From: an uncultured virus (IMG/VR IMGVR_UViG_3300027687_000007)
Taxonomy: Duplodnaviria > Heunggongvirae > Uroviricota > Caudoviricetes > Crassvirales
Virus record (IMG/VR): IMGVR_UViG_3300027687_000007
Strand: one strand, 5' to 3'
DNA: 20,000 bases
A program made the position numbers and the translations under genes. Shown piece after piece: positions 15,725-20,000 of this stretch. The number at the start of each line of letters is the position of its first letter. Within the stretch, counting starts at the first letter, position 1. The notes beneath the pieces were generated by a model. The model did not search any database, was not told the origin of the DNA, and saw nothing but the letters and a program-made list of their open reading frames with translations.

Positions 15725-15730
15725 TGTCAC
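15686..15730. promoter_or_regulatory. 45-bp inverted-repeat site, copy 2, overlapping the HTH gene start codon
   Basis: GTGACAAAAG-N25-CTAATGTCAC. Confidence 0.6.
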
Positions 15731-16338
15731 AAACTAGAAACATGAAATGGTTGAATGATCGTAGAATAAGGTATCGACAAGACCCTATCAACGACAAACC
15801 AACTGAAGAAACCGCTTTGTATAGATACTATGAAAATGGTACATACGAGTGCTATCACTTGTTTCGTAGTAAAGCAAAGATTACGACATACAAATCTTTA
15901 AAATGGCATTACCTTGTTTTATATTATTTAAATGATACTTTATTAGTTGGAACATTTCGTTACATTGCAAACAAAGAGAACGGATTTGTTACATTTTTTA
16001 TTAGTGACAAAAAACTAGATGAAATGATAAACGATGTTATTAAATACGGTGGTGAAGCACCAATAAACAAGATACGTAAGATAATATTTAAAGACTATAG
16101 CGGATTAACACTTAACGAGAAGATGAGTATCGTAGGTAAACTAGTAGGTAGATCAAGCAGGGTAGACGAAGAGGCTATTTATCAATGCATGTTAGATTTG
16201 AACCATGATGGTAAGAATATAACGTGGTCAAAAATAGCGGGTCTACTTGATTGCTCTACAAGAACAATTCAACGTAAACTAACAAAACAGTTAAAAGACG
16301 AAAAACAAATACTAAATATGAAATATGAAGAAATATAA
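15724..16338 (+). CDS. DNA-binding protein with a C-terminal helix-turn-helix
   Basis: ITWSKIAGLLDCSTRTIQRKL is a classic HTH. Confidence 0.75.
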   Translation: MSQTRNMKWLNDRRIRYRQDPINDKPTEETALYRYYENGTYECYHLFRSKAKITTYKSLKWHYLVLYYLNDTLLVGTFRYIANKENGFVTFFISDKKLDEMINDVIKYGGEAPINKIRKIIFKDYSGLTLNEKMSIVGKLVGRSSRVDEEAIYQCMLDLNHDGKNITWSKIAGLLDCSTRTIQRKLTKQLKDEKQILNMKYEEI

Positions 16339-17080
16339 CGTGCAAAATTACGTAAGATACAAAAAAGATTTAAAAAGATCTATGCCTAACGAAAAAGATT
16401 ATATCCTCTACACTAGAGATGAACTTATAGTTAAGTTTATGCCATTAGTAGAGAATTTAGCTAGAAAGTTTTCATCTACGCAACAAGCTTCAGGTGTTTT
16501 AAGCATAAATGATTTAATACAAGACGGTAACAAAGGTCTTGTTTTAGCGGTAGACAGATTAGATTGGAATATGCTAGGCGAATCAGAAGATATTGAAAAA
16601 ACCTTGAAATCATTTTTTAGCAAAAGAATCAAAGGATCAATACGAAGAGCAATAGATATTAATAGAGGTGACATACGTATACCAGAGCATAAGTTAAACG
16701 AAATACGTAAAAATCCTAAAGACAAAGTAATGGTTGCTATGTTTTTTAATAGTATATTTCTAAGCATAGACGCTCAGGTTACTAATGATGACGAGGATAA
16801 CATGATGCATCAAATACCTGATAAATCAGAACCTTACAATATACAGTTATTAAATGTATATTTAAAAGGTTTAATGGAAAAATTCTTAGATAATAATGAA
16901 TACGAAGTATTAAGGTTATCTTATGGATTAGACTGCAATAAGCACTCTGCTTTAGAAATAGCAAAAAGTTTAAATATCAACGGAATAAGCTCTTATGTAA
17001 GAGTATCAGAGCTTAAAAAACAAGCTGTACAAAAATTAATTGACAATGTAGATCACTCGCAAGTGCTTGACATCGTGTAA
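16325..17080 (+). CDS. Phage-encoded sigma70-family RNA polymerase sigma factor
   Basis: Region 2: RDELIVKFMPLVENLARKF...DLIQDGNKGLVLAVDRLD...IRRAIDINRGDIRIP; region 4: EYEVLRLSYGL...SALEIAKSL...AVQKL. Confidence 0.88.
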   Translation: MKKYNVQNYVRYKKDLKRSMPNEKDYILYTRDELIVKFMPLVENLARKFSSTQQASGVLSINDLIQDGNKGLVLAVDRLDWNMLGESEDIEKTLKSFFSKRIKGSIRRAIDINRGDIRIPEHKLNEIRKNPKDKVMVAMFFNSIFLSIDAQVTNDDEDNMMHQIPDKSEPYNIQLLNVYLKGLMEKFLDNNEYEVLRLSYGLDCNKHSALEIAKSLNINGISSYVRVSELKKQAVQKLIDNVDHSQVLDIV

Positions 17081-17105
17081 GTTAATATAAATACATGTAA
17101 TTATA
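17077..17105 (+). promoter_or_regulatory. Class II putative promoter GTAA-N16-GTAATTATA
   Basis: Overlaps the sigma stop; 26 nt before the ERF ATG. Confidence 0.6.
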
Positions 17106-17131
17106 ATAATAAGCAATTTAAATAACAACGA

Positions 17132-17686
17132 ATGAACATAAACGAAAAATTAGCGACAATCCAAACAAAGTTTAAATCGAAGAAAAGTAGATTTAACTCC
17201 TTCGGCAAGTACAACTTCAGATCAGCCGAAGACATCCTTGAAGCAACAAAACCCTTTCTATTAGAGTTAGGAGTATCAGTAACAATTAATGAAGACATAC
17301 AAGAAATTGGCGGACTATTGGTGATGACATCAACAGCAGACTTATATGACGGTAAAGATTCAATTAGCGCAAGAGCTATGGTTGGTGTAGATTTAAATCA
17401 AAAAGGTATGAACGTACCTCAACAATTTGGCTCAGCATCATCTTATGCAAAAAAATATGCGTTAGGTAATTTATTTCTGATAGATGATACAGCTGATAGT
17501 GACGCTACAAATGATCACGGCAAAAAGAAATTTGTGCCAAAAACTAGCAAACCAACTTTAACCTCAACAAAAGATCCGGCTTACGAAAAAGCGGTTCAAT
17601 ATGTAACAGCAGGTGGTAAAGTAGCGGCTATAAAGGCCAAGTACAGTCTATCACAAGAGATAGAACAACAACTAACAACACTGTAA
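17132..17686 (+). CDS. ERF-family single-strand annealing protein
   Basis: KSRFNSFGKYNFRSAEDILEATKP and QQFGSASSYAKKYALGNLFLIDD..DSD motifs. Confidence 0.85.
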   Translation: MNINEKLATIQTKFKSKKSRFNSFGKYNFRSAEDILEATKPFLLELGVSVTINEDIQEIGGLLVMTSTADLYDGKDSISARAMVGVDLNQKGMNVPQQFGSASSYAKKYALGNLFLIDDTADSDATNDHGKKKFVPKTSKPTLTSTKDPAYEKAVQYVTAGGKVAAIKAKYSLSQEIEQQLTTL

Positions 17687-17687
17687 T

Positions 17688-18419
17688 ATGAACAAGCAAG
17701 AAGTTTTAAAAGCTTTACAAGATGACACTAACTACTACGGAGACTTTGGTAAAAAGTATTTAAGTAATTCAGACATCGGTACGCTTTTAACAAATCCTTT
17801 AGCTTTAGGACAAAAGATGGCTAACAGACCAGCTTTCTTAGTCGGTGGATACTTTCACACAGCAATTCTTGAACCTGAAAAACTTAAGAATTTTAGAATA
17901 GTAGAAGCTACGACTAGAAACACTAAAGCTTATAAAGAGATCTCAGATGGTGAAATGTGTTTATTAAAACACGAAGTTGATCAAATAGATTTAATGACAG
18001 AAAAGATGCTAAGCAACGAAGTATGTAGAGATTTAATAAGATCAGGTAATGTAGAATATGAACAACCAGAGATTACAGAGCTTGAAGGTCAATTATGGAA
18101 AGGTAAAGCCGACATTGTAAACCATGATGAAAAGCTGATCATCGATTTAAAGACGACAGCAGATATCACAAAGTTTAAATACTCCGCATCCAAGTACAAT
18201 TACGACAGTCAAGCTTATATTTACAGTAAGCTGTTTGGTTATGAAATGTTGTTTATCGTAATAGATAAAAACACTCATCAAATAGGTATCTTTGATTGCT
18301 CTCCAGAGTTTTATGCTCGTGGCAAAGATAAAGTAGAAAGAGCGGTACAGGCTTATGAATTATTTTATAAGTCTGAGGACTTTGATCCTAAACAATATTT
18401 TTTAACTAAAACACTTTAA
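17688..18419 (+). CDS. PD-(D/E)XK exonuclease, RecE/DUF3799-like
   Basis: LSNSDI, GGYFHTAILEP, KGKADIV...IIDLKTT, YDSQAYIY. Confidence 0.85.
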   Translation: MNKQEVLKALQDDTNYYGDFGKKYLSNSDIGTLLTNPLALGQKMANRPAFLVGGYFHTAILEPEKLKNFRIVEATTRNTKAYKEISDGEMCLLKHEVDQIDLMTEKMLSNEVCRDLIRSGNVEYEQPEITELEGQLWKGKADIVNHDEKLIIDLKTTADITKFKYSASKYNYDSQAYIYSKLFGYEMLFIVIDKNTHQIGIFDCSPEFYARGKDKVERAVQAYELFYKSEDFDPKQYFLTKTL

Positions 18420-18421
18420 CA

Positions 18422-18601
18422 ATGGCAAGAACCAGAAAAAACCAAACAAAAATTTGTACAGTAACAGGAGTTGAAACTAATGTAAATAATTTTTACACAG
18501 GACAAAACCATGTAAAAGCTGTAGACAACATACGTAGAAATACAAATGTTACAAAAGATCAAATGCAAAGAATGTTTAACCAAATAAATAATTACGTATA
18601 A
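18422..18601 (+). CDS. Hypothetical protein, 59 aa (MARTRKNQTKICTVTG...)
   Basis: Manual translation; TAATG coupling to the next gene. Confidence 0.7.
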   Translation: MARTRKNQTKICTVTGVETNVNNFYTGQNHVKAVDNIRRNTNVTKDQMQRMFNQINNYV

Positions 18602-18909
18602 TGGCAAGTATAATTAAAGCTAGTATTAATCTTAATGAAATACCTAAAGATAAAATTATCATAGGTAAAAAAGGTAAATACTTACCAATCACGATTACAC
18701 TGAACGACGAGGTTGATCAGTTTGGTAATCAAGGTCCTGTAATAGTGGATCAGACTAAAGAAGAAAGAGAAGCTAAGGTTGCTAAAACTTATTTAGGCAA
18801 TGTAAAAGTAGTGTGGAGCAACGGAGACAATGTAGCTGCAGCGCCTAGAACAGATCAACCACAGCAAGCAGTACCGGCTGCACAACCGGCAGATGATTTA
18901 CCATTTTAA
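18601..18909 (+). CDS. Putative single-stranded DNA-binding protein
   Basis: Beta-rich core, flexible P/A/Q linker, acidic C-terminal DDLPF tip; replication context. Confidence 0.75.
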   Translation: MASIIKASINLNEIPKDKIIIGKKGKYLPITITLNDEVDQFGNQGPVIVDQTKEEREAKVAKTYLGNVKVVWSNGDNVAAAPRTDQPQQAVPAAQPADDLPF

Positions 18910-18919
18910 ATTAAATTAA

Positions 18920-20000
18920 ATGCAGACAACAGAGATCAATGGATTTTTGATTGACGAATTCAATCAACATAAGCTTGAAGAAGGTAAGAAACAGGGGGTT
19001 TGTCCTATGTGCTCTTCTGATAGAAAACCTAAAAATACTAAAGCAAAGTGTGCTTCGTATGATTGGGAACGTGGTCTTGGTACTTGTCACAATTGTAATA
19101 CATCATTTCAATTACATACATATCAACGTAAAGGAGCTAGTGAAAAAGTATACGTAAGACCAGTTGGTCCACCAAGCGATACTGAATATCCTGAATTCTT
19201 AAACGATAAAGTAATTGAATGGTTTAAAACAAGAGGTATAGGAACTCAGACTCTTACTGACTTACAGGTTGGTGAGGGTCCTGAGTGGATGCCTCAGACC
19301 GGTAAAAACGAGAACGTTATAAAGTTTAATTACTTCATGGGCGATCAACTTATTAATATTAAGTATCGCGATGGTAGAAAAAACTTTAAACTATATAAGG
19401 GTGCTGAAAAAGTATTCTACAATATAAACAGTATAGTTGGTTATGACACTTGCGTTATAACTGAAGGTGAAATGGATGTGTTAGCTTTACACGAAGCTGG
19501 TATACCAAATGTTGTATCAGTTCCTAATGGAGCTACATTAAATTCTAACAACCTTGATTATCTTGATAATTGTATAGATTATTTTGAAGATAAAGAAAAA
19601 GTAATATTAGCAGTTGACTCAGATGAAGCAGGACAAGCATTACAATCAGAATTAGTCCGTAGACTTGGAGCTGAAGTTTGTTACCTAGCATCATTCGATG
19701 ATTGCAAAGATGCTAATGAATATCTACAAAAATATGGAAAAGAAAAACTACAAGAGCGTATTACCTCAGCAAGACCAGTACCGCTGGAAAACGTTACAAC
19801 ATTTAAAGACATTGAAGACGAGGTTACGGATTTTGTCCGTAATGGTTTTAAGAAAGGATTTCAAGTCGGCTTATCAAATTTCGATGAAATTTTTTCTACA
19901 TATACCGGCCAGTTTATTACTGTTACTGGGATACCTAGTAGTGGTAAGTCTGATTTTGTTGACCAAATGGTTGTAGGTTACAATCGTAACTATGGCTGGA
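18920..20000 (+). CDS. T7 gp4/Twinkle-like primase-helicase, 3'-truncated
   Basis: Manual translation from ATG 18920: Zn finger CPMC...CHNC; TOPRIM ITEGEMD, ILAVDSDEAG, KDANE; Walker A VTGIPSSGKS. Confidence 0.92.
   Translation, partial: MQTTEINGFLIDEFNQHKLEEGKKQGVCPMCSSDRKPKNTKAKCASYDWERGLGTCHNCNTSFQLHTYQRKGASEKVYVRPVGPPSDTEYPEFLNDKVIEWFKTRGIGTQTLTDLQVGEGPEWMPQTGKNENVIKFNYFMGDQLINIKYRDGRKNFKLYKGAEKVFYNINSIVGYDTCVITEGEMDVLALHEAGIPNVVSVPNGATLNSNNLDYLDNCIDYFEDKEKVILAVDSDEAGQALQSELVRRLGAEVCYLASFDDCKDANEYLQKYGKEKLQERITSARPVPLENVTTFKDIEDEVTDFVRNGFKKGFQVGLSNFDEIFSTYTGQFITVTGIPSSGKSDFVDQMVVGYNRNYGW

Noticed and set aside
14195..18607. Short minus-strand ORFs and the extended start of 15318-15602
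   Set aside because: They overlap well-supported plus-strand genes; ATG 15492 is the more plausible start for the latter
18951..19976. ORFs 18951-19157 and 19698-19976
   Set aside because: Out-of-frame overlaps within the primase-helicase gene starting at 18920
1..20000. Stop-codon reassignment
   Set aside because: Long genes are intact in code 11, and TAA, TAG and TGA all end plausible genes

Overview
AT-rich tailed-phage (Caudoviricetes) DNA. The host is probably Bacteroidota/Flavobacteriia, inferred from A-rich leaders without Shine-Dalgarno sites. The left part (1-8853, minus strand) is a late structural module: a 1640-aa tail fibre with a C-terminal S74 chaperone, a 782-aa fibre and two smaller virion proteins. 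A strand switch at about 8860-9200 carries palindromes and short repeats. The right part (plus strand) has many tiny early genes behind six copies of a bipartite promoter-like motif, a compact RNA array, and a replication/transcription module (ATP-dependent ligase, HTH protein, sigma factor, ERF, PD-(D/E)XK nuclease, SSB, primase-helicase). The most striking signals are: (1) a 78-nt mini-tmRNA made of the tRNA-like domain only, in a 3-nt-spaced array with two unknown structured RNAs and tRNA-fMet; (2) a 220-nt G-free tract behind an early promoter, holding an ATG-less open frame; (3) two distinct promoter-like motif classes; (4) a 45-bp inverted-repeat site found both beside the late promoter and over the start of the HTH-sigma genes. 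All calls come from reading the sequence by eye; no searches were run.
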